In this document: piece after piece, positions 63,931 to 64,000 of the stretch | Layout: every line of letters starts with the position of its first letter | Numbering within the stretch: the first letter of the stretch is position 1 | Program-made: the position numbers and the translations under genes | The notes under the pieces: model-generated | The model's input: only the letters and a program-made list of their open reading frames with translations | The model's database searches: none | What the model was told of the DNA's origin: nothing | Assembly (NCBI GenBank): GCA_013265495.1 | Contig: MU058844.1 | Coordinates: forward strand, 13,042,184 to 13,106,183 | Direction: 5' to 3' | Source: Vicugna vicugna | Lineage: Eukaryota | DNA: 64,000 bases

Positions 63931-64000
63931 GTGTAGAGTCTGTAAGTTTGCTTTTGAAGCTTTTCCTTTTGAACTCTTTGTCTGCATGGGGTCCCTCCCT

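Overview
This is mammalian non-coding DNA (intergenic or deep intronic). It is very probably camelid, because it carries six copies of a tRNA-derived SINE resembling the camelid Vic-1 family. I can support no intact protein-coding gene, tRNA, rRNA or multi-gene system. The ORFs in the track are chance ORFs or decayed transposon ORFs; the only recognisable peptides are LINE-1 ORF2 C-terminal fragments and a short CR1/L3 endonuclease relic. Much of the window is interspersed repeats: L1, L2, MIR, MaLR/ERVL LTRs, ERV1 solo LTRs (several with target-site duplications, TSDs), and hAT/Tigger DNA-transposon fossils. Repeat subfamily names are recalled from memory of consensus sequences and need RepeatMasker/Dfam confirmation. 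The most informative observations are mutational scars: (1) a locally templated 31-bp insertion copied from 1.7 kb away, (2) a ~30-bp L1 insertion whose poly(A) appears to have become a (CA)n microsatellite, (3) a twin-priming L1 inversion, and (4) a captured segment inside an LTR. There are also a few candidate enhancers and splice elements. I did not find a new biological system.
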